This document shows positions 38,727 through 46,670 of a DNA stretch of 62,171 nt, piece by piece (positions within the stretch are counted from its first letter, which is position 1; every line of letters begins with the position of its first letter). This stretch comes from a virus (taxonomy: Duplodnaviria; Caudoviricetes): positions 1 to 62,171 of IMG/VR virus record IMGVR_UViG_3300031772_000034. One strand, written 5' to 3'. The notes beneath the pieces were generated by a model that did not search any database, was not told the origin of the DNA, and saw only the letters and a program-made list of their open reading frames with translations. The position numbers were made by a program, and so were the translations under genes.

Positions 38727-39118
38727 ACAAATTTGAGCTAGAGAGTCAGGAAGCTCTAGGTGAAATGAGGTTCAAACTTTACGGCCTCCTATTTCTTCAG
38801 GATTGGGTTCACGCTTATATGAATACTGAACCGAATAAGGACGCATTGTATCGGGCGAATATCTGCACCTATGAGTTGGGCGATCTGATTAAACAGATCG
38901 TCTATGAGAAGGCGTATGGCCCGAGCCGGTGGAATAAGGACGAGGCTCAGAATGCCTTGGGCGATCTGCTGCTGATGGTTTTCTGCTTGGCGGAGATCAA
39001 GGACATCGATATTTATCGAGCGGTGATCGGGGCGGTCGAGAAGCTGGCGAATAAAGAGTGGACGAAGAAAATGTCCTTTGAGATCGTTGATACGAAAAAG
39101 AAGGAGGAAGGCAAATGA
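38723..39118 (+). CDS. MazG-like pyrophosphohydrolase
   Basis: ELGDL...ALGDL helical motifs. Confidence 0.55.
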   Translation: MNKFELESQEALGEMRFKLYGLLFLQDWVHAYMNTEPNKDALYRANICTYELGDLIKQIVYEKAYGPSRWNKDEAQNALGDLLLMVFCLAEIKDIDIYRAVIGAVEKLANKEWTKKMSFEIVDTKKKEEGK

Positions 39119-39468
39119 CGTTTGATTCAATCATCGATCATTTATCCAAGCGTGGATTCGTAACCCGCAAACAATGGAGCGGTAGGATGGTTTTATTTTT
39201 TGGAATGGACAACCTCCCGTGGTTATCGTATCGGCGGAATAAGGTCAGGGCAAAAGAATCCCAAAGGCTTGAAATCTGGACTCCTTGCTTGGCTGACATG
39301 AAAGCCGACGATTGGATTCGCCTTGCTTGTTTTTGGGATGGAAGCAAGGACGATTTTCTCCCTTTTAAAAGGAAAGATGATTTCCTGCGACGGTTATATC
39401 AGGACAGAAAAATTGCGGACTCATTAGCTCGGGGACAAAATCGGGAACGCAGAAAGGAGAAAAAATAA
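39115..39468 (+). CDS. DUF2829 (Tad2-like) protein
   Basis: VTRKQWSG...WTPCLADMKADDW. Confidence 0.6.
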   Translation: MTFDSIIDHLSKRGFVTRKQWSGRMVLFFGMDNLPWLSYRRNKVRAKESQRLEIWTPCLADMKADDWIRLACFWDGSKDDFLPFKRKDDFLRRLYQDRKIADSLARGQNRERRKEKK

Positions 39469-40184
39469 TGTTCAAGCCGGTAATTATCAACGCCAAGACC
39501 ATCAACGATGCCTGGCATCAGTTGGTCTTCCAGGTCGAGGAGAAGGGGCGTAAATACAAGATCACCCAGGGGAGCTTCGCTGGTCAGTTCCGGTATGAGT
39601 TCGAGTTCGTCTTGGTGGAGATCGAGCGTCCCTGGGAAGATATGGTTCCGGTGTTTCCGCCGGGGATTGTCTTGCCTCCGCCGACTACTGCGGAGAACAA
39701 CGAGCTTTACTTCGCCAATTATATTTTCAATCCCGATCTGGCGAAGGACGAACAATATACCTACGGGGAGCGGATTGCGGGGTTCAAGAGGGTAAATCGA
39801 GTGGACCCCCTGAATGATTCCGGTATTGAAAAAATTAATCAAATCGAGGAGGTGATCAAGAAATACAAAACCGGAGGATACGGAAATAACCAATGCACCA
39901 TCGAGATCGGGATGCCGTCCGATATTCTCTTGCCTGATCCTCCGTGTCTTCGGGTGATTGATACACGGATCGAGCAGGACATCCTTCATTTCTTTGTATA
40001 TTTCCGGAGCTGGGATCTCTGGGGAGGATTTCCGGTTAACCTAGGTGGAATCGAGTTGCTCAAGCAGTATATGGCCAAGGAGATCGGGGTGGGTAACGGC
40101 AAGATCATCGCCGCCAGCAAGGGGCTCCACATTTATGATCATGCGCTGAAATATGTGCGGATTAGAAGGGGTGAGGTAGCGTAA
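39468..40184 (+). CDS. thyA: thymidylate synthase, short archaeal-type ThyA fold
   Basis: YTYGER, PPCL, YFRSWD, GFPVN, LHIYD. Confidence 0.82.
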   Translation: MFKPVIINAKTINDAWHQLVFQVEEKGRKYKITQGSFAGQFRYEFEFVLVEIERPWEDMVPVFPPGIVLPPPTTAENNELYFANYIFNPDLAKDEQYTYGERIAGFKRVNRVDPLNDSGIEKINQIEEVIKKYKTGGYGNNQCTIEIGMPSDILLPDPPCLRVIDTRIEQDILHFFVYFRSWDLWGGFPVNLGGIELLKQYMAKEIGVGNGKIIAASKGLHIYDHALKYVRIRRGEVA

Positions 40185-40957
40185 TGGATCTTTTTCATGT
40201 CGTGCCGTATTGGTATTGGGAAGAGAATAAGGGGTGTAGAAAACTCGCGGAGGCATCGGAGATCAGGAAACATTCTGCAGTGGCGCTACATTTAATTGGA
40301 AGCGAGTGGATCCTCGATAAGTCGCCATTCGTTCCAGGTGTTTCGCTTAATATGTTTTACACTCTTATCGAGAGGTACTGTCCTGCGTATATTATCATTC
40401 CCGATGCACTTCAAGATCATGCGAAAACTTGTGATTTGTTTTTCAATTTCTTTCGCTCCTTTGATCCGAAAAAGTGCCGTGTCCGACCTATCTTCATTCC
40501 GATGATCCAAGGGAAAACCCATTCTCGACGCTTCGATATGATTCAATTTTTCATTCGGAATCTCAGCGATAAACTCGACCATATTCGTTTAGGAATCCCG
40601 AAGTATATGGTAGATATCAAGAAAGCTACCCCAAAGGAAATGGCGACCACGAGAATCAAGTTCGTCGCAGAGGTTCGTACTGCCCATCCAAGCTTTGAGA
40701 TTCATTGCGCCGGCGCGAATAGCGTCGCAGAAATCAACGCTCTTCGAGGTCTTGGTGTAACATCTCTCGATACATCCATCGGTGTAAAGATCATTCAAGA
40801 ATTATGTATTGAGGGGAAATACTGGACTACCAAAAACATTCCCAGGGAGAAAATCATGTCATTCGAGCCGTGTGTCAAAATGAAAAATAGTTTATCATTA
40901 CCTCAGCAATACGTAGTTCAACTCTCAAATATCATTCAACTACTGGAGGTTATATAA
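40184..40957 (+). CDS. TGT-fold DNA 7-deazaguanine transglycosylase candidate (DpdA-like)
   Basis: ILD, IIIPD...D...T, IPMIQG, LGIP, IHCAG, SLDTS motif order as in TGT/DpdA barrels; preQ0 genes in the same genome. Confidence 0.6.
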   Translation: MDLFHVVPYWYWEENKGCRKLAEASEIRKHSAVALHLIGSEWILDKSPFVPGVSLNMFYTLIERYCPAYIIIPDALQDHAKTCDLFFNFFRSFDPKKCRVRPIFIPMIQGKTHSRRFDMIQFFIRNLSDKLDHIRLGIPKYMVDIKKATPKEMATTRIKFVAEVRTAHPSFEIHCAGANSVAEINALRGLGVTSLDTSIGVKIIQELCIEGKYWTTKNIPREKIMSFEPCVKMKNSLSLPQQYVVQLSNIIQLLEVI

Positions 40958-41304
40958 TGGATGACGTCCAATTAACTATTGAATTGCAAGCGTTATTGGA
41001 TACGTTACCGCAAGTTTATTCGCAGTTAATCGCTTCGAAAGGGCAAGAGCAATGGCAGAAGTTTCAGCTGGATGTTTTTGAAACCGATTTAGCAGACTTA
41101 CACCGACGGAATGCAGAAGCAAATGGTTCGCAATATACAGAGAAGTCCCTGCAACGTGATGTTAAACTTAACCCAGAGTGGAAAGCACTCAAGGAGGATG
41201 TGCTCCGTCAAAGTGAACAAGTGGAAGCGTTAGAGCTACGTCGTGAGGAGTGGAATCGAAAAAAGGAAGTGTTACTTGCAATGGTCAAAATGAGGCAAAA
41301 CTAA
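40957..41304 (+). CDS. UvsY-like recombination mediator
   Basis: helical protein with YTE...V..NPEW, next to SSB and RecA. Confidence 0.5.
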   Translation: MDDVQLTIELQALLDTLPQVYSQLIASKGQEQWQKFQLDVFETDLADLHRRNAEANGSQYTEKSLQRDVKLNPEWKALKEDVLRQSEQVEALELRREEWNRKKEVLLAMVKMRQN

Positions 41305-41323
41305 CCTAGAAAGGAGTCATACC

Positions 41324-42124
41324 ATGCCTTACTATCCGCTGAATCAGAAGAGAGCCGAAGAGTCCCAAAAAGAGCTCCAGCAAGGTGTAACCTGGACGCC
41401 GAAAGAAGGAAACAACTACGTTCGGGTGATGCCTCCGTGGAATGAGAAGGGTGAGATCTACACCAAGGTCTTTTTCCATTGGAGAGTCGGCCCGGATGAG
41501 CAGTCATTCCCGTGCTTAAAGCAGTTCGGTCAGGAATGCCCGATTTGCACCGCCTGTGAAGTTCTCGCAAAATCGAATTCCTCGATGGCGAGGGAGCTTT
41601 CCGCGCGTCCGAGGTACATGCTGAACATCATCGATCTGGAAAACGTCAACTTCGGAGTCCAGGTTTGGGGATGCGGCAAAACCGTTCTTCAGGAAGTCCT
41701 GGGCTACATCAACGATCCGAAGTGGGGAGATCTGACCCATCCGGATAAAGGTCGCAACATCGTCATCCATCGGATTGGAACCGGCAGGGATACCGAGTTT
41801 CAGATTCGCCCTGACCCGGAAGTTTCTCCTCTGGCTGATATGGCCTGGCTCGACAATCTTCATAACCTCGATGTTTTGGTTTCGATCCCCGACGTGGCCG
41901 TGATGATGAAAGCCGTAGAGGGCGCGATCACTCGAGCAGCTATCGCGATTCCTTCCAGTCGCTCTGCTCCGGCGCCTGCGGTTCTTCCTCCTCCGGCTGC
42001 GCGTCCGACTCCGCCGTCCAATCCGAATCCTCCCGCCCCTACTCCGCCTGGCGGTGTCGATGAAGTGAAAAACCGTCTGAACGCCGCGATCAGTCGGATG
42101 AAAGAAGGAGGGGCAGCGAAATGA
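41324..42124 (+). CDS. T4 gp32-like ssDNA-binding protein
   Basis: GNNYVRVMPP, H...PC...CPIC, GDLTHPDKGRNI; Pro-rich tail. Confidence 0.75.
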   Translation: MPYYPLNQKRAEESQKELQQGVTWTPKEGNNYVRVMPPWNEKGEIYTKVFFHWRVGPDEQSFPCLKQFGQECPICTACEVLAKSNSSMARELSARPRYMLNIIDLENVNFGVQVWGCGKTVLQEVLGYINDPKWGDLTHPDKGRNIVIHRIGTGRDTEFQIRPDPEVSPLADMAWLDNLHNLDVLVSIPDVAVMMKAVEGAITRAAIAIPSSRSAPAPAVLPPPAARPTPPSNPNPPAPTPPGGVDEVKNRLNAAISRMKEGGAAK

Positions 42125-43149
42125 CGGAACCGAAAGATCGCGCAAACAATCTCGTTAAAGCCGTCACCGATAAGTACGGCAGCTTTGCTGCGAATCTTTT
42201 GGGTAATTGCGAACAATCTAACGAATTCCTTTCTACCGGGAGCTTCGCACTGGATGATCTTTTAGGGAAAGGACTTCCCTGCGGTCGGCTGGTCGAAATT
42301 TCTGGATGGGAGTCCGTTGGCAAAAGCACCCTCGCAGCGTCTTGTTTAGGTGCGGTGCAAAGAGCCGGAGGGCTTGCAGTTCTACTTGATACAGAGCATA
42401 GTTATCGGGCGGAGTGGGCTTCGTGGTTTGGGATCGATCCCCAACAGTTGGTTACAATTCAACCTGGGACGATGGAACAGGTGAGCGAACTGATTCCATT
42501 TATGGTCGAGTTCCTCCGTAAAGACTCCCCCGATATTCCGGCTCTGATCGTCTGGGATTCCGTTGCTGCGACGCCGTTACAGAAAGAGGTCGATGGAGAG
42601 TTCACGTCGAAGGATGTCGGTCTACACGCTCGTGTCATGTCCGCATTACTTCGACGACTCACCAATATCGCATGGGCAAGGAAAGTAGGCTTGCTTTTCA
42701 TTAACCAGCTTCGAGAGCGGCCAATGGGATTTGGAGCTGGAGAAACCAAAATCTGCGGCCATGCGATTGACTTCTATGCGGCGTGTTTGATTCGGGTGTC
42801 AAGAACGGAAATCAAACCGGATCGCATTCGATGTAAAGGACACTGCACCAAAAACAAAGTTGCCACGCCGTTCAAGACGCGGGCTTTCGACATCGTATTC
42901 GATCAAGGCATCGATGATACCTTGGCATACTTAGACTACGGTGTCGAAACCAAGATCATCGACAAGAAGGGCGGCGGTTGGTATGATAGCATGGGACATA
43001 AATTCCGTCAGGGAGATCCGATCCCTGAGATCGTGAGGAAAAAACTTGCCGAACGAATTAAATCAGGAGAGCCTACAAAAGCACCTGATCCAGAGCAAAG
43101 CAGCCCGGACGGAGTATCAGTTCCTGAAAAAGTTGGAGAGGGTACTTAA
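42121..43149 (+). CDS. recA: RecA/UvsX recombinase
   Basis: STGS.ALD.LLG.GLP.GRLVEISG.ES.GKST, DSVAA, FINQLR, KNKV..PFK. Confidence 0.9.
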   Translation: MTEPKDRANNLVKAVTDKYGSFAANLLGNCEQSNEFLSTGSFALDDLLGKGLPCGRLVEISGWESVGKSTLAASCLGAVQRAGGLAVLLDTEHSYRAEWASWFGIDPQQLVTIQPGTMEQVSELIPFMVEFLRKDSPDIPALIVWDSVAATPLQKEVDGEFTSKDVGLHARVMSALLRRLTNIAWARKVGLLFINQLRERPMGFGAGETKICGHAIDFYAACLIRVSRTEIKPDRIRCKGHCTKNKVATPFKTRAFDIVFDQGIDDTLAYLDYGVETKIIDKKGGGWYDSMGHKFRQGDPIPEIVRKKLAERIKSGEPTKAPDPEQSSPDGVSVPEKVGEGT

Positions 43150-43525
43150 ACCCTTTACCGACGAATCTACCGGCGGGTTGATCGTTGTTTCAACGTCAAT
43201 TGGCGTTAGGAAATTTTCTTTCCCATTTTGCCGCTCAGGAACGCCAATGTACTTGAAGACGGTGGTCAACCCGCCGGTAAATCTTTCTTACTTTTTTCAA
43301 ATGAAAGTTGATTCACTTGTTAACCTCTTAAATGAGGCGTACGGTGAATCTGCCGATTTGACACGGGCTGAAGTCGCGTTAGTGATCTTAAAAGATTCCT
43401 GCCCCGAACTTGTTTTTACTTCCGATGATTGGGGTCTTCACGGAGGCTTTGCGGAAATGACTCTCCCATCAGATGCGGGAACATACAAAGTTTTCCCTCT
43501 TATCGATTTTCTTCGGACCATATAA
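43046..43525 (+). CDS. hypothetical protein
   Basis: 159-aa ORF overlapping recA end; start uncertain. Confidence 0.45.
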   Translation: MPNELNQESLQKHLIQSKAARTEYQFLKKLERVLKPFTDESTGGLIVVSTSIGVRKFSFPFCRSGTPMYLKTVVNPPVNLSYFFQMKVDSLVNLLNEAYGESADLTRAEVALVILKDSCPELVFTSDDWGLHGGFAEMTLPSDAGTYKVFPLIDFLRTI

Positions 43526-43563
43526 CCACTTGCCGAATCAATTTTTTATATTAAAATTATAGT

Positions 43564-44025
43564 ATGGCAAGATCCAAAGATGAATCCCGAAGAGAGTTGG
43601 CGTTTTTAGAGTACGCAAAGAATGGGCGAAGTCTTTCAAAAACCTCGAAGGTGGTCGGAACTCCAGTACAAACAATTCGTCGATGGCGCGACCAAGAGGA
43701 GTGGGACAAAAAGTTGGCTGGAGTTGAAGATTCGGCCAAAGCAGAGTTGAGTGCTCTTGCGAATGTCACCGCCCCTCTTGCACAATTAGTTCGGGACGAA
43801 AAAATGTTCCTGAGCGTTCTTCGACAAATGACCGTTTTTTATGTTTCGACAGGAAAAATTCGACCTGAGAAATGGGGCGATGTTATATCCACTCTTCGAT
43901 ATATTAACGAACGCGAACGTATCGCTCCGCTTAAACCAGGTAAGAATACCGAGGATGAGGATATCCTAGAAGCAGAGGTATTATCCGGTGCTATCGGAAA
44001 AACTGATCCAAGCAGCGCAAACTGA
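43564..44025 (+). CDS. terS: terminase small subunit
   Basis: HTH (SLSKTSKVVGTPVQTIRRWR...W) directly upstream of TerL. Confidence 0.7.
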   Translation: MARSKDESRRELAFLEYAKNGRSLSKTSKVVGTPVQTIRRWRDQEEWDKKLAGVEDSAKAELSALANVTAPLAQLVRDEKMFLSVLRQMTVFYVSTGKIRPEKWGDVISTLRYINERERIAPLKPGKNTEDEDILEAEVLSGAIGKTDPSSAN

Positions 44026-45418
44026 TCCCGGTGTATTTATTCGCGCAACAACGGGTTTTCCGTTATCTGATCTTCATAAAGAATGGATCCGACATTTTCG
44101 CCGCGAAGTATCACCGGCAGAGAGAGAGCAGGGACAAGGGTTTAAAATTGTTAGTGGCGTAGTAGCTCCTCGGGAACATGGGAAGTCATCCGTCGTTATA
44201 GGACTAGTTCCAGATGAGATCGGTCGCAACCCAAATATCCGGATTAAATATGTTACAAACTCTGATGATAAAGCCGCTGAGGTGTGTCAAACGGTCGAAG
44301 AGGTTTTGGAGTCCGATCATTACCGACAGATATACTCGAATGTTCGATGGCATAAGGATCGGCGAAAAGGTACTCAGAAGTTTACCGTCCAAAGGGAAAA
44401 GATTTATCGAGACTCGACATTTGAATCCTGTGGTATCTTGGCAACCGGAGTCGGTGGTCGTTGCGATTTACTCATCCTCGACGATGTTTGTGACCTTAGA
44501 AATTCCAAAACGCCTGGCCTCCGGCGAGTGGTGCACGATACGATTTGGGATGTCTTTATGAAAACAGTCGTATCTGGTGGAAGGATTTGGATTACAGCAA
44601 CCGTGTGGCATAAAGAAGATTACGTTTCGGAGTTGTTAAGAAAGAAAACATATCCCTTTCTTGTGTATATAATCAACGAAAATTTCGACTCTATTTGGGA
44701 ATCTGTTTGGCCTCGCCCTAGGCTTGTTCAAGAGTTCCGAGATAATCCATCTTCATTTAATCTCGGCTTTAGGATGCTCCCCCACGAACCAGAGGAACAC
44801 TTTGTTCAGGAAGCTTGGCTTGCGGCCTGTGTCGATAAGGGCTTAACTGTCGGTCCTTTTGGGATTAACATCTCAAAGGAGATAAGGAATTACTTTGCAG
44901 GCGTCGATCCTGCAATCGCGAAAACGGTTCGTGCAAAGTATACTGCGATCGTAACAATTGGAATCGACGACAAAGGATATCGCGTCCTTTCTGATATTAA
45001 GCGAGCAAAACTTACTTCTCCAGAACAAGCCCGAACAATCCTCCATACTTATAATGTATTTCATCATGCGATGCTTTTCGTTGAAAATAATCAATATCAG
45101 CAGGCGTTAATTGAATGGCTAGATGAATTGAAAAAAATCCCTCTGCATGCATTTTATACTGGCGAACAAAAACACGACGACATCATTGGGCTTAATTCAT
45201 TGGCGGCCGAATTTAAAGCAGGCCTTTGGAAGATCCCCGATGTAAGTAGCCACGTACCTGAATGCGATTGTGGTTATTGTGAGTGGCGAAATGAGTTAAT
45301 GTTTTACCCCGACTATCCTACGTCGGATTTACTTATGGCAACCTGGCTCGCGAGAGAGGCACTGCGATCTTGCGAACGGAAAACAGACGCAATCAAAGTT
45401 GCAGTCTGGAGGTACTAA
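43988..45418 (+). CDS. terL: terminase large subunit
   Basis: APREHGKS Walker A, GGRCDLLILDD Walker B, GVDPA, VENNQYQ, SDLLMA. Confidence 0.9.
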   Translation: MLSEKLIQAAQTDPGVFIRATTGFPLSDLHKEWIRHFRREVSPAEREQGQGFKIVSGVVAPREHGKSSVVIGLVPDEIGRNPNIRIKYVTNSDDKAAEVCQTVEEVLESDHYRQIYSNVRWHKDRRKGTQKFTVQREKIYRDSTFESCGILATGVGGRCDLLILDDVCDLRNSKTPGLRRVVHDTIWDVFMKTVVSGGRIWITATVWHKEDYVSELLRKKTYPFLVYIINENFDSIWESVWPRPRLVQEFRDNPSSFNLGFRMLPHEPEEHFVQEAWLAACVDKGLTVGPFGINISKEIRNYFAGVDPAIAKTVRAKYTAIVTIGIDDKGYRVLSDIKRAKLTSPEQARTILHTYNVFHHAMLFVENNQYQQALIEWLDELKKIPLHAFYTGEQKHDDIIGLNSLAAEFKAGLWKIPDVSSHVPECDCGYCEWRNELMFYPDYPTSDLLMATWLAREALRSCERKTDAIKVAVWRY

Positions 45419-46653
45419 TGTGGCCCTTTGATGATAAAAGACCTATCGACGTAACTAGGTTCCACGAGAGTGTGAAAGACTTTGAGATAAAAAAGTTACG
45501 CAACGACATCTCGCGAATGGAAAGTGACGACGCGAATGTTAAAGGCCACGCAGGTGTATGGCGATTTGAGATCACTCAAGGGCTTTTAAAGCAGACCGTC
45601 TTCGTTATCGCTCGGAATGTTTATGAGCAGTCTATTCATGTTCGTCGATGCGTTGATTGTATTTGCGACGCCGTCGGCAGAACTAAAGTAGAGTTTTTCG
45701 GATCCAATACCGTCGCCGCTGAAGAGATGACCAAAGGGCTTAACCTATGCGGCCTTTCGTGGTATGAAACAATTTCCGCTGCAGTAAAAGATTTACTCTG
45801 CATTGATCGGATGGCCATCGAGATCGTTCGAAATCCTTTAGGACAACCACTTCAATTAATTACTCGAGACGCCGCATATATAAACGCGCAGCGATTAGCG
45901 ACCGGACAAATTCTTCGATTCGTTCAATATCCAAATGCGGATCAAATCCCTTTCGCTTTAAATGAAATGATTTTCGTTGAAGGGCTCCCTAAGACGTGGA
46001 CCATCCAAAGTCTTCCCCTGGTATTGACCGCGTCCATACAGCTCGCTTCTGTGATTAATACCGCAAAACGGGTATCGAAGGAAGCAGGTGGGTCACAACT
46101 ACGAGAAGCGTTACTTTCTTTTGGGGACATTAGCGATCAGGCCTATGAGCGAATAAAGAATCAATTCGAGACTCCCACGACATCTGGGATTCGAGTCATT
46201 TCAGGTGTTAAAGATACAGTCTATACCGCGTTCATGGCATCGCAGAGAGAGATGCAGGCGATGGATTTTTATCGTTCATTTGAAGGGGCGATATATTCTA
46301 CTTTTGGATTTACTGCCCCACCGAAAAATGGCTACGAATCCGATCTTTACTACCCCCTCATCGAGATCCTTCAATCGCATTTGAATGAGAAGGTTTTCAA
46401 AGAGATGGACGTCTCGATTCTATTTAAGAAATACATGTCCGTGCCACTCCCGATACTTCAGAATGCCGTTCGTTCCGGAATCGTTACAAAAAATGAATGG
46501 CGAGACGTCGTCGATCTTGAGGCGAAAGAAGGTGGCGACGATCTTGAAATGATGAGCCCAATGGGGGTTCAAGCAGCTGGCAGCGAAACCGCCGCAGGGG
46601 CCGGAGAAGAGGGGGATCAAGCTTCGCGAAGTTTTTTCGGCGAGATCAAATAA
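45418..46653 (+). CDS. portal protein
   Basis: position after TerL; VRRCVDCICDAV, AIEIVRN..G.P.QL, GIVTKNEWR....L....GGD. Confidence 0.82.
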   Translation: MWPFDDKRPIDVTRFHESVKDFEIKKLRNDISRMESDDANVKGHAGVWRFEITQGLLKQTVFVIARNVYEQSIHVRRCVDCICDAVGRTKVEFFGSNTVAAEEMTKGLNLCGLSWYETISAAVKDLLCIDRMAIEIVRNPLGQPLQLITRDAAYINAQRLATGQILRFVQYPNADQIPFALNEMIFVEGLPKTWTIQSLPLVLTASIQLASVINTAKRVSKEAGGSQLREALLSFGDISDQAYERIKNQFETPTTSGIRVISGVKDTVYTAFMASQREMQAMDFYRSFEGAIYSTFGFTAPPKNGYESDLYYPLIEILQSHLNEKVFKEMDVSILFKKYMSVPLPILQNAVRSGIVTKNEWRDVVDLEAKEGGDDLEMMSPMGVQAAGSETAAGAGEEGDQASRSFFGEIK

Positions 46654-46670
46654 TTAATAAGAAAAATTGG

